From contig CBDAVP010000005.1 of NCBI GenBank assembly GCA_965201075.1, positions 62,001-126,000 on the forward strand: a stretch of DNA of 64,000 bases, written 5' to 3'. Shown in pieces: positions 19,930 through 29,539 of the stretch (positions within the stretch are counted from its first letter, which is position 1; every line of letters starts with the position of its first letter). The translations under genes and the position numbers were made by a program. The stretch comes from Isosphaeraceae bacterium. GTDB taxonomy: Bacteria; Planctomycetota; Planctomycetia; Isosphaerales; Isosphaeraceae. Below the pieces are notes generated by a model, which saw nothing but the letters and a program-made list of their open reading frames with translations, did no database searches and was not told where the DNA came from.

Positions 19930-20937
19930 TCAGGCCATCGCCCAGGCCGCCAGTTGCAACTGGCCCCGGACTGACTTCATTGCCTCGCCCACCGCGCTAT
20001 GCTCGAAGCCACTGTGCATCTTGCAGTTGCGGCAACGGTCATCCTGACGAGACTCCCAGTAAGTCCAGTCGGTGGCCTCCCAGAACTCGTTCCAGTCCTG
20101 GAAGTAACCCTCTCCTTCGATCAGATAGCAGGGAGCTTTCCAACCCTTGGGCGTGTAGTTGACCGTCGACCACGGCGAGCACGAAAGCTCCCTCAGTCCG
20201 GCGGCGAACTCCAGGAACGTCGGCGTCGCGTTGACCCGATAGCGTCGCGAGAACCCGCGGATCGCCAGGAACTTCTCGTGGATCTGCTCCTTATCCAGGA
20301 AGATGTCCCGATCGCGTCGGACGCTCTGGTACTCATAACCGGGAGAGATCAGGATGCCGTCGGCCTTGAGCTCGTTGACGAGCTGGCAAAGCTCCTCGAC
20401 CTCCTCGACCGACGTTTCCTTGTAGACGGTCGTGTTGATGTACATGCGATGGCCGAGGGCCTTCCCCTCGCGGATCATTGCCACCGCCTTGTCGAAGACC
20501 CCAGCGCGTTTGCAGACGTGGTCGTGCGTCTCGCGCATCCCGTCCAGGTGAATCATCAACAAGAGCCGGGGATCGGGAGCGATCTTCCCAAACAGCTTCT
20601 TGTCCAGGAGCAGGGCGTTGGTGCAGAGCAGTAGGTGCTTGCGGCGGGCGATCAGACCCGCGACCAACTCCGGTAGCTCGGGATAGAGCAACGGCTCGCC
20701 GCCGCAGATGTTGACGATCGGAGCACCGCAGGTCTCAGCGGCCTGGAAGCATTGCTCAACGGGCATTCGGTCGGACAGTTTGCCGGAATAGCGCTCGGTG
20801 GAGCATCCCAGGCAAGAGAGATTGCAGGTGTACAGCGGTTCGAGCATCAAAACCGAGGGGTAGCGGGTGCGCCCCGCGCGAGCCATCTTGGCCCGGTGGC
20901 TGGCCTGGGCCAGGGTGAAGCCCAAGGGATAACGCAT
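19930..20937 (-). CDS. hpnH: Radical SAM adenosyl-hopene transferase HpnH-like protein
   Basis: RYPSVLMLEPL.TCNLSCLGC (CxxxCxxC), GGEPLL, LCTNALLL, HLDG...HD, ISPGY, PCYL, CRNCKMHSGFE. Confidence 0.8.
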   Translation of the reverse strand: MRYPLGFTLAQASHRAKMARAGRTRYPSVLMLEPLYTCNLSCLGCSTERYSGKLSDRMPVEQCFQAAETCGAPIVNICGGEPLLYPELPELVAGLIARRKHLLLCTNALLLDKKLFGKIAPDPRLLLMIHLDGMRETHDHVCKRAGVFDKAVAMIREGKALGHRMYINTTVYKETSVEEVEELCQLVNELKADGILISPGYEYQSVRRDRDIFLDKEQIHEKFLAIRGFSRRYRVNATPTFLEFAAGLRELSCSPWSTVNYTPKGWKAPCYLIEGEGYFQDWNEFWEATDWTYWESRQDDRCRNCKMHSGFEHSAVGEAMKSVRGQLQLAAWAMA

Positions 20938-21088
20938 CGTCCGGCCTCCTTGCTTGCCACGCCTACGCCCAATCAATCATCGGGATGGGCTTTGCGCCGA
21001 GGATAGCAGATCGCCGGCCCCGGGGAAGGCCGGTTCGTCCCGCCAGCACGGCCGCAGGGCTGTTGATTTCTCCATTGGCCTCGCAATC

Positions 21089-21205
21089 GGGGACTGGCTC
21101 TGGCGGTACTCCGCCGGTGCCTGTCTCCCATTCCGGGGCCCGGTGGGCGGCATGGTAGGGACATTTGGAAGCAAATGCGGGACAGGCAGCGCCGGAGCCA
21201 GTCCC
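21089..21205. repeat. Inverted pair of REP-like palindromic elements
   Basis: GGGGACTGGCTC-hairpin-GGTGCCTGTCTCCC (21089-21129) and the reverse-oriented GGGACAGGCAGC-GCCG-GAGCCAGTCCC (21179-21205). Confidence 0.65.
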
Positions 21206-21333
21206 TTTTGTTCCAACCAAAGTGAGAACGAAATGGCCCTGGACCCGCCAGCGATGGTCCGGTCCGCCTTGCGAAGAATCGCCAAGTCGCTACGATCCCG
21301 GCCGACCCCTCGAACCCGGAGGCTCGCCCCGTC

Positions 21334-22689
21334 ATGGACCCGATCGGCACCCCCCGGCCCGAGCCTTCCCCCGAGCCTCCGACGCCAACGCGACCGTGGC
21401 TGGCCCGGGTCTTCCTTGCGCATCTCCTGGTGGCGATGATCGCCTTCTCGGTGGCTCCCGTCCTGAACTGCGTACGCGGCAAGGTCTTCAACAAGGATTA
21501 CTCGCTCTGGTATCAGATCGGCCGCATGGCCGCCCGCGGCGACGCGATCTATCCCAAGGACGGCCGCCCCTTCCCGTTCATGTACCCCCCGCCAGCCGCC
21601 GCGATGCTGGGCGTTCTTAGCAAACTCGGCTACACCCCAATGGTGGTCGCCCTGCTGCTGGTAAACTCGGCGGCCTGGGCCCTTTGCCTGATGCTCGCCG
21701 TCAAACTCGCCACCGGCCGAGCAACCGGCCAGCATCCCCTGCTTTACTTACTCCCGGCCCTGGCCACCGGGGTCTACGTTCACGACATCTTTCTGCTCGG
21801 CCAGCCCAACCTGTTATTGCTGGCCTGCATGCTCGGGTCGTTCATCTGTCTGAGAACTCGCCGGGACGGGTGGGCCGGTGCTCTGATCGCGTTCGCCGCG
21901 GCGGTCAAGGCGTTCCCGATCCTGGCCGTTGGCTACCTCGTCTACCGACGTCGCTGGAAGGCCACGGCGGCGACAGTCGTGACACTCTCCGCCTTTTTGC
22001 TTCTCGCCCCCATCCCCTTCCGGGGGCCATCGCGAGCCTGGGACGACCTCCAGACCTGGACTCGCGGGATGGTCCTGAAATACGACGCCGGCAGCATCGC
22101 CCAGCGCCCCGAGCGAAGTTACAGCTTCAAGAATCAATCGTTGGTGGCCACGGCCAACCGCCTCCTCCGCTCGATTCCCGCCGACGGCGAGACGAGCCAG
22201 TCCTGGAAAGTCAACCTCGCCAGCCTGGACTTCCACGGCGTCAACCTCGTCATCCTCCTGGCAAGCGCCACCCTTTGCGGTTTCTACCTCGTCTGCATGC
22301 CCGACCGCCGTCGACGAACCTCCGCCACCGACGCGACCGAGCAAGCGATGCTGCTCCTGATGATCCTGTTCTTCTCCCCTCTGGCCTTCAACTACTTCTT
22401 CGTCTGGCTCCTGTACCCCCTGACGATCGCCACGAAATGCGTCCTGGACGCACCGCCCCGCTCGCCCCTCAAGGCCATACGAATGACCTGGTTGGCGGCG
22501 ACGTTGGTCATCCTGGCCTTGCCGATCGGCTTGCCCAAGGTCGCCCAGGCGTACGGCAACGAATTCGTCGCCGCCCTCTCACTACTTCTTGGGTTGGGCT
22601 TCGCGCTCCGGGCGGACGTTCGCTCATCCCTTGGCCGAAACGTCATCCCGAAGTCCTCCCCCTCGCGGGCCGTCTCGCGAGCCGCCTGA
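21334..22689 (+). CDS. Glycosyltransferase family 87 (DUF2029)-like GT-C membrane protein
   Basis: Many TM helices; KDY..W, F.YPPP, GQPNL, AAAVKAFP, NQSL. Confidence 0.85.
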   Translation: MDPIGTPRPEPSPEPPTPTRPWLARVFLAHLLVAMIAFSVAPVLNCVRGKVFNKDYSLWYQIGRMAARGDAIYPKDGRPFPFMYPPPAAAMLGVLSKLGYTPMVVALLLVNSAAWALCLMLAVKLATGRATGQHPLLYLLPALATGVYVHDIFLLGQPNLLLLACMLGSFICLRTRRDGWAGALIAFAAAVKAFPILAVGYLVYRRRWKATAATVVTLSAFLLLAPIPFRGPSRAWDDLQTWTRGMVLKYDAGSIAQRPERSYSFKNQSLVATANRLLRSIPADGETSQSWKVNLASLDFHGVNLVILLASATLCGFYLVCMPDRRRRTSATDATEQAMLLLMILFFSPLAFNYFFVWLLYPLTIATKCVLDAPPRSPLKAIRMTWLAATLVILALPIGLPKVAQAYGNEFVAALSLLLGLGFALRADVRSSLGRNVIPKSSPSRAVSRAA

Positions 22690-22787
22690 CACCCTCTCGC
22701 GCCCCTTTGGCCTGTCCGCTGCCGCCCTCCACCCTTTAAGATGGGACGGGTGGTGTCGTGGACGGGTCTCCGGGGGGGGTAGCCGCG

Positions 22788-24278
22788 TTGAACGTGCTCG
22801 TGGTCGGCAAGGGAGGGCGAGAACACGCCCTCTGCTGGAAGTTGAGCCAGTCGCGAAGGGTCGAGAAAGTCTTCTGCGCTCCGGGCAACGCCGGCACCGC
22901 GGCCGAGGGGACCAACGTCCCGATCGAACCCGGCGACTTCCGAGCCCTCACCCAGTTCGCCCGCCGAGAGCATGTCGGCCTGACCGTCGTCGGCCCCGAA
23001 GACCCCCTGGCCGCCGGTATCGTCGACTACTTCCAGCGCGAGGGCCTGCGAGTCTTCGGCCCCAGCAAGGCCGCCGCCGAACTCGAAGCCAGCAAGGTCT
23101 TTGCGAAGGACTTGATGCGTCAGGCAGGCATTCCCACCGCCGACTACCGCATCTTCCGCTCGGCCCCCGACGCCGAGCATTACATCCTCTCCCGGGAAGT
23201 TTCCCTGGTCGTCCGCTCGAAGGGCCGCTCAGCGATTCGCAACACCCAGCTCTGCCGGACCGCGGCCGAGACCCTGGAGCAGATCGACCGGATCATGGAT
23301 CCTCGCGAGATGGTCGCCCCCGGAGTTCAGGTCGAGCTTGAGGAACGCGGCCAGCGACGGGTGTTCGACACCGCGACCGAGGCTCGCGAATACGTCCTCG
23401 GCCGTCCCTTGGGAATGGTCCTCAAGGCCGACGGGCTCGCCTCGGGCAAGGGGGTCTTCGTCTGCGACAACCTCCGCCAGGCCCTCGACGCCATCGACCA
23501 GGTGATGGTCCGTCGCGTCTTCGGCAAAGGAGGCGACCGCCTGATTCTGGAGGAACGTCTCGACGGGCAGGAGGCCAGTATCCTTGCCCTGACCGACGGC
23601 CGCACCATCATCCCCCTGGAGTCCAGCCAGGACCACAAACGCGCCTTCGACCACGACGAAGGCCCCAACACCGGCGGCATGGGCGCCTATTCCCCCGCCC
23701 CGATCGTCACGACGGCCCTCATGGAGCAGGTCGAACGCGAGATTCTCGTCCCCGTCGTCCACGCGATGAAACGGGCCAGACGATCGTTCCGGGGAGTACT
23801 TTACGCGGGCCTGATGCTGACCAACCAGGGCCCGAAAGTCCTGGAATTCAACGTCCGCCTGGGTGACCCGGAGTGCCAGGCGATTTTGATGAGGCTTCAA
23901 TCGGACCTGCTCGACGCCCTGGAGGCCGTGATCGACGAGCGGCTCGATTCGGCCGAACTTCGCTGGGACCCACGCCCGGCCGTCACGGTGGTCATGGCCT
24001 CCGAGGGCTATCCGGGGAACTACGAGCGGGGCCGGGTTATCAACAACCTGGACGAAGCCGAGAAGATGGCCGACGTGAAGGTCTTCCACGCTGGCACCGC
24101 TCTCCGAGGGGACGGCCGGATCGTCACCGACGGCGGCCGGGTCCTCGACGTGACGGCAATCGGCGACACCCTGGCCCAGGCCCAGGCTCGCGCCTACGAG
24201 GCCGCCCGCGCCATCCGCTTCTCCGGAGCCCACTTCCGTCGCGATATCGGCGATCGAGCGATCAAGGCCAGGGCCTGA
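22788..24278 (+). CDS. purD: Phosphoribosylamine--glycine ligase with internal 70-aa duplication
   Basis: G.GGREHAL, APGNAG, VVGPE.PL, LEASK.FAK, KADGLASGKGV, QDHKR, GPNTGGMGAYSP, EFNVRLGDPE, FHAGT, GGRVL. TTG start. Confidence 0.96.
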   Translation: MNVLVVGKGGREHALCWKLSQSRRVEKVFCAPGNAGTAAEGTNVPIEPGDFRALTQFARREHVGLTVVGPEDPLAAGIVDYFQREGLRVFGPSKAAAELEASKVFAKDLMRQAGIPTADYRIFRSAPDAEHYILSREVSLVVRSKGRSAIRNTQLCRTAAETLEQIDRIMDPREMVAPGVQVELEERGQRRVFDTATEAREYVLGRPLGMVLKADGLASGKGVFVCDNLRQALDAIDQVMVRRVFGKGGDRLILEERLDGQEASILALTDGRTIIPLESSQDHKRAFDHDEGPNTGGMGAYSPAPIVTTALMEQVEREILVPVVHAMKRARRSFRGVLYAGLMLTNQGPKVLEFNVRLGDPECQAILMRLQSDLLDALEAVIDERLDSAELRWDPRPAVTVVMASEGYPGNYERGRVINNLDEAEKMADVKVFHAGTALRGDGRIVTDGGRVLDVTAIGDTLAQAQARAYEAARAIRFSGAHFRRDIGDRAIKARA

Positions 24279-24292
24279 GCCCCGGCCTTTCG
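24264..24292. terminator. Hairpin overlapping the purD stop, between convergent genes
   Basis: AAGGCC-A-GGGC/GCCC-C-GGCCTT stem with only a short T run. Confidence 0.35.
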
Positions 24293-24303
24293 ACTCTTCT
24301 CCA

Positions 24304-25968
24304 TCACTTCGAGACCGAGGTCATCGGACCGTTGGGGACGCTGGCCGTCGTCGTGACCGTGCGGGCGGCCTTCGCCGCGGCCACCCTGGCGGCTCTCGCC
24401 GCCGCGACAGCGTTGGACTGGAAGCCTTCGGCCTCTCGACGGGTGCCGTTGCCGTGCAGGCCGATGGATTGCCTCGGCAGGGTCGGAACCCCGTAAGGCG
24501 CCTCGGCGTCCGAGGGCGGGATGACCGGGCCGGTAGTCAGCTTGACCGTCTTGGCGAAGAAGGCCGTGTCGGAGGTCGGCTCGACCACCGTGCTGTTGGA
24601 GTTGTCGATCGCCCCCTCGACCTTGGCCCGGATGTGGCTGCCGGCCACCAGGTCGTCCGGGGCTCCGAAGAACCCGTCGGACCCCGGCTCGGTCGACGCC
24701 GCGAAGACCGAATTGGCCACATTGCCGGCGACGAAGACCGTCATCCGACCCCCATCCACCGCCGTGGGATTGGTCGTGGGCGGCGTCTGGTTGGTGAACT
24801 CGTTGACCAGCCCGAGAACATAACCTGAGAGAACCTTGGTGCTCACCACGTCGCCGCCGAACCGGATATGGCCAATCTCCCGGTTCGTCGCCACGTACGA
24901 GTTCAACGCTCCCCGGTTCGCCGAAAGCGACTGGATGCGGTCCGCGGCGATGGTGACGGTGTCCATGCCCCGGCCGAACGTTGCGTTGCGGATCGGCCCG
25001 GTGCTCAGAACCTGGACGTTGTTGGTCTCGCCGCCGACAAAGTAGCTCTGAATCTGGCCGCCCACGCCCACGCCGCCGGTGGTGCTGCCCGACTGCACCG
25101 CGAAGTTCGTCGCGTTGCCACCGACCCTCACCAGGCTTGTGGCTCCGACGACACTATTGGTCGTGTCGGGCACCGAGGCGACGAGAGTTCCCCCCCCGCC
25201 CTGGAACCCGGTTGAGGGGAACGCGGTGTTGCCGTCGATCTCATTGGCCTGGAACAGGTTGATCCGCCCGACCACGCTGAAAATGACCCCATCCTGCGTC
25301 GGCGTCGTCGTCGACGAACCTGACGCCGCGGCCTGCCCATTGCTGATTGACCTGTCGATGATGATCGTCGTGCCCACGGCATTCGGCGTGCCCAGCTGCA
25401 CACTATAGGTGGAGGCAACGTTGTCCGCCGCCGGGGCGAAGCTCGGGTTGGTGCCGAAGTAGACCGTCGTGTCGACACCGCCGAAGCGAAGGCTGTTGAC
25501 GCCATCGGGCACCGAGATCGTCGGCGAGTCCGCGGCCGTCAACGCCGCCGTTTGCTGAGTGTCGCCCAGCCAGAAGTTAGGCATGTCGATCGACTTCAGA
25601 CCATTGCCGATCGACCCGCTCTCGCTGTCGCGGAAAGTTCGGCCCAGTTCGGTGAGGTTCTGGAAGTAAACCCGCCCATCGCCCGACGACCCTTTCTTGA
25701 CCGTACCGATGAGCCGGGTTTCATCGGGATTGGCTCCGGTGATGGTGATCGTGTTGATCAACGCCGGCGCGGTCAGCGTCGTGTCGTTGCCACTGGCGTC
25801 GGGCTGGGTAGTGACCCGCAAATCTCCTGGACCGGTCAGCTTGAGGGTCCAGATGTCCCCGTCGATGTCGGTCCCGGAGAGCATTCGGGCCATCAACTGG
25901 CGCTCTTCCAGAACGTCCGGTGTCGGGCGGAAGGTCCGGGGGCGGCGGGGGCTGGTCGGCGACGACAT
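24304..25968 (-). CDS. Planctomycete extracellular protein with LExRxL leader, beta-rich
   Basis: RRPRTFRPTPDVLEERQLM leader; DIDGD motif; Gly/Thr/Val/Asn-rich repetitive strands (VGGNATN, VGGETNN, FGGDVVS, VAGNVAN). Confidence 0.8.
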   Translation of the reverse strand: MSSPTSPRRPRTFRPTPDVLEERQLMARMLSGTDIDGDIWTLKLTGPGDLRVTTQPDASGNDTTLTAPALINTITITGANPDETRLIGTVKKGSSGDGRVYFQNLTELGRTFRDSESGSIGNGLKSIDMPNFWLGDTQQTAALTAADSPTISVPDGVNSLRFGGVDTTVYFGTNPSFAPAADNVASTYSVQLGTPNAVGTTIIIDRSISNGQAAASGSSTTTPTQDGVIFSVVGRINLFQANEIDGNTAFPSTGFQGGGGTLVASVPDTTNSVVGATSLVRVGGNATNFAVQSGSTTGGVGVGGQIQSYFVGGETNNVQVLSTGPIRNATFGRGMDTVTIAADRIQSLSANRGALNSYVATNREIGHIRFGGDVVSTKVLSGYVLGLVNEFTNQTPPTTNPTAVDGGRMTVFVAGNVANSVFAASTEPGSDGFFGAPDDLVAGSHIRAKVEGAIDNSNSTVVEPTSDTAFFAKTVKLTTGPVIPPSDAEAPYGVPTLPRQSIGLHGNGTRREAEGFQSNAVAAARAARVAAAKAARTVTTTASVPNGPMTSVSK

Positions 25969-26278
25969 AATCCTGACTCCCAAGGCGCGGGGTGGCCCCG
26001 CGTGGCGAAACGGCCGTCCGGCCCTCGATCCCGCGACCGCCTTGATGGACGGAATTGGGACCAACTCGGGCCGGGGCGGAGGCCCCAATCCTGCGCTCGA
26101 CCCGTGGGCTCACCGATGGTCTTTCGGCGGCCCCTACTCGAATTTCGGCTCCGTCGCTGGCATCCTTGAAAGATTCCTCACAATCGCGCAATTCTTCCAG
26201 ATCAGCCTGACCCCTTCATTTGATTGTCTTGACCCGTTCGGCATCTCCCGTCGTACGGAATTTCGCGGAGCCGCGATC

Positions 26279-26686
26279 ATGACTCGCCCGAAAGCCAAGG
26301 GCGGCCGCCGACGGCCCGCCATCACCCGTGCCCGGGCCTCCCGGCTCCACCGCCTGGTCTCGACCCTTGGCGAATCCCCCCGTGAACGCGATACCTTGCT
26401 CACCCTTCTGGCCATCGGCCTCCGCACCTTTTATCGAGAACTCGACCTTCTACGGCGTTGCGGCATCAAGGTCCGGCTCGACCGCCGCCAGTACATCCTG
26501 ATGACCACCGGCCAGGAGGCCGAGGGCCGGCTCCCGTTCCCCGACCCTCAACTCAGCTTCGCCGAAATGACGGAACTGGCCCAGGGCTCAAGTGCCGCCG
26601 CGTTGCGTATGGCGGAGCTGCTTGCCCAGGTCGTCAGTCCGCCTACCGGCCAGCGTCAGTCACGCAAAAGCCGGCGTACCTCCTGA
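26279..26686 (+). CDS. Small winged-HTH-like DNA-binding protein
   Basis: RASRLHRLV..L.....L...L.IGLRTFYRELDLLRRCGI resembles an HTH_11/PafB-type HTH. Confidence 0.65.
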   Translation: MTRPKAKGGRRRPAITRARASRLHRLVSTLGESPRERDTLLTLLAIGLRTFYRELDLLRRCGIKVRLDRRQYILMTTGQEAEGRLPFPDPQLSFAEMTELAQGSSAAALRMAELLAQVVSPPTGQRQSRKSRRTS

Positions 26687-26768
26687 TCACCAAAGCGATT
26701 CTCCCTCAAAATCGCTGAGAAATTCTTCCCAGACCCACCCAATCCCGTTCCTCTCCAGGATCCTCCAG

Positions 26769-28964
26769 ATGTCCATTTGCCTTTTTCAGCGGCTGAGAAT
26801 TCTCCTATTCCTTTCCCTGTTTTCGCTCAAAACAGTCGCCATGACTCGGGCCGAAGATCGTCCCGATCGGCCGCTTCAAGATTTTGAAGGTCGAGACTAT
26901 GCCCCGTGGACCACGACTGGCGAGGCGTTCGGTGCCGGTCCCGCCGAGGGAACCTTGCCCAACCAGATGCCCGTCAGTGGGTTTGGCGGCCGGGGGCTGG
27001 CGAGCAGCTATCACGGCGGTGATGGTCCGACCGGTGTTTTAACTTCGCCCCCTTTCCTGATTGACCGGCATTACCTCGGTTTCCTGATCGGCGGAGGCGG
27101 ATTCGACGACCAGACGTGCCTGACCCTAAAAGTGAACGGGCGGGTGGTGCGCACCGCCACGGGACCGAACGTCCAGCCGGGTGGTTCCGAATCGTTGGAT
27201 CGGCAAGCCTGGGATGTGGACGAGTTCTCGGGGAAGCGTGGTCAGATCGAGGCCATCGACAGGGCGTCCGGCGGCTGGGGACACATCTCGTTTGATGAGG
27301 TCACGCTCACCGACCGGCGCCCCGAGGGCCTTGTTGTGCGAGTCACTCGCACGATCCCCATTCGCGAACGGTTCTTGCTCCTGCCCATCGACAACAATGC
27401 GACGGCCCGGACCCTCCAGGTCACCTTGGACGGCCATCCCCAGCCGCCCGTCACGATCGCATTGGCCAGTGGCCCACCCCAGTGGTGGGCGACCTGGGAT
27501 GTTGCCTCCTGGCGAGGGAAATCCCTGGAGCTTTCCCTCGCCCGCGTCCCCGAAGGCTGGGCGGCCCTCGACGCGATCAAGGCTACCGACACAATCCCCC
27601 GCGATCCCGGGCTTTACCAGGAACTGCTTCGCCCCCAGATTCACTTTTCGTCCCAGCACGGCTGGATGAACGACCCGAACGGTCTGGTTTACGCCAACGG
27701 CCTGTATCACCTGTTCTTCCAGCACAACCCATTCGGCTGGGACTGGGGCAACATGCACTGGGGCCACGCCGTCAGCAAGGATTTGGTCCACTGGCAAGAG
27801 TGGGGCGAGGCTCTGGCTCCCGACCGGTCGGGGACGATGTTTTCGGGCAGCGGCGTGGTGGATTTTGGAAACACCAGCGGATTGAGGTCGGGGGCCGAAA
27901 ACCCTCTCCTGTTCTTCTACACCTCGGCGGGCGAGTCGTTCACACAGGGTCTGGCGTTCAGCAACGACGGGGGACGGACGCTGTCCAAGTTCGTCGGCAA
28001 CCCGATTGTCCCGCAGATCACCCCAAGCAATCGCGACCCGAAGGTGTTATGGCACGAACCGACTCGTCATTGGGTCATGGTCGTTTACATCGAGAGACCG
28101 GACGAGCCTCGGGAGGAGGCCCGGCGGGCGATCCAGTTCCTCACGTCGACCGACGCGAAATCCTGGACCCGGGAAGGTGTCATCGAGGGATTCTTCGAGT
28201 GCCCCGATCTCTTCGAATTGCCCGTGGAGGGGGAACCTCACCACGCAAAATGGGTGCTCACGGCCGCCAGCAGCGAGTACATGCTCGGAACCTTCGACGG
28301 CCGGACCTTTCGCCCGGAAACCCCGAAATTCCCCGGCCATCGGGGCCGGGGCTTCTACGCGGCCCAGACCTTCAGCGACATCCCCGCGACCGACGGCCGG
28401 CGCATCCAGATCGGCTGGCTCCAGGCCCCGTCACCGGGAATGTCCTTCAACCAGTGCCAGTCCCTGCCGCTGCGGTTGACCTTGAAACCCACGCCCGACG
28501 GTCCGCGACTGGCTCGGGAGCCCGTTCGCGAGTTGGAAGGCCTGCGAGCGGATTCCCTGCGCAAGGCTCCGCTGACCCTGAAACCTGGTGACCCCAACCC
28601 GCTGAGGTCACTTCGTGGGGAGCTTCTCGAAATCCGGGCCGACTTCGAGCCCAGCCGCGACGCTCAGGTCCGCTGTGAAGTCCGTGGCGTCACCATCAAG
28701 TATGACGCTGAAACCGGCGAGCTGAGCGTCGGCGACCTCAGAGCCCCCGCGCCCCCCCGAGAAGGCCGGGTCACGCTGACCATCCACACCGACCGGACCA
28801 GCTTCGAGGTCTTCGCCAATGGCGGGCTGACCTATATCCCTTTGCCCATCCTTCCCAATCCCAAGGATCTCGGCGTCTCGGCCCACTGCGACCGCGGCGA
28901 GGCGCGATTCCACACTCTTGACGTCCACACGCTCCGGTCCATCTGGGACCGTCCCGCGCCCTGA
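26769..28964 (+). CDS. Secreted GH32 beta-fructofuranosidase/levanase with N-terminal accessory domain
   Basis: Catalytic motifs WMNDPNG, FSGS, RDPKV, FECPDL, FYAAQTF, D.TS.EVF; signal peptide. Confidence 0.92.
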   Translation: MSICLFQRLRILLFLSLFSLKTVAMTRAEDRPDRPLQDFEGRDYAPWTTTGEAFGAGPAEGTLPNQMPVSGFGGRGLASSYHGGDGPTGVLTSPPFLIDRHYLGFLIGGGGFDDQTCLTLKVNGRVVRTATGPNVQPGGSESLDRQAWDVDEFSGKRGQIEAIDRASGGWGHISFDEVTLTDRRPEGLVVRVTRTIPIRERFLLLPIDNNATARTLQVTLDGHPQPPVTIALASGPPQWWATWDVASWRGKSLELSLARVPEGWAALDAIKATDTIPRDPGLYQELLRPQIHFSSQHGWMNDPNGLVYANGLYHLFFQHNPFGWDWGNMHWGHAVSKDLVHWQEWGEALAPDRSGTMFSGSGVVDFGNTSGLRSGAENPLLFFYTSAGESFTQGLAFSNDGGRTLSKFVGNPIVPQITPSNRDPKVLWHEPTRHWVMVVYIERPDEPREEARRAIQFLTSTDAKSWTREGVIEGFFECPDLFELPVEGEPHHAKWVLTAASSEYMLGTFDGRTFRPETPKFPGHRGRGFYAAQTFSDIPATDGRRIQIGWLQAPSPGMSFNQCQSLPLRLTLKPTPDGPRLAREPVRELEGLRADSLRKAPLTLKPGDPNPLRSLRGELLEIRADFEPSRDAQVRCEVRGVTIKYDAETGELSVGDLRAPAPPREGRVTLTIHTDRTSFEVFANGGLTYIPLPILPNPKDLGVSAHCDRGEARFHTLDVHTLRSIWDRPAP

Positions 28965-28988
28965 ATGTCCACCCATCGCGGCGGTCCG

Positions 28989-29381
28989 TCAGGTCAAACC
29001 CAGGTCCGTTTCGCTGCCGAGCGAGGCGAGATAATGAGTGAGGGACTCGAAGTCCAGAGGCTTGACGAAGTGGTGGTCGAACGGGGAGGGGCTGGGCAGT
29101 TCCGCCTCGCTGTGTCCGGAGACCGCCACGAGTCGGCAGCCGCTCAACCCCGGCTCGACGCGGAGGGCGGCGGCCAGATCGATTCCGCTCATGCCCGGGA
29201 GGGTCAGGTCAAGCAGAGCGACCCGCGGGACGAATTCCCTCGCCGCGATCAACGCCGACTCGCCGTCGTACTCCACATGGGTCGCGTACCCCTGAAGCTC
29301 CAGGAGAGTGTTGAGCAAACGAGCGGAAGCGACCTGATCGTCGACGATCAGAATACGAAGCGGCTCGCGATTCATCGGCAC
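28989..29381 (-). CDS. Stand-alone response regulator receiver domain
   Basis: ILIVDD, LLDLTLPGMSG (phospho-Asp), AVSG, FVKP. Confidence 0.88.
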   Translation of the reverse strand: MPMNREPLRILIVDDQVASARLLNTLLELQGYATHVEYDGESALIAAREFVPRVALLDLTLPGMSGIDLAAALRVEPGLSGCRLVAVSGHSEAELPSPSPFDHHFVKPLDFESLTHYLASLGSETDLGLT

Positions 29382-29539
29382 GGTCTCGACGTCGTGGCGG
29401 TGACCTCAGTCGCCAGGCAGATCATAGCCTCTCGCCCATCCCGCGGCCAGCCTGCCGAATCGCGTCGAGGCTCCCGCGTTCCCGAACCGCGGCGACCCCA
29501 TTTCCCCCGGGCGGTTGAGTCGAAAGAGCTCGGGGTTGG

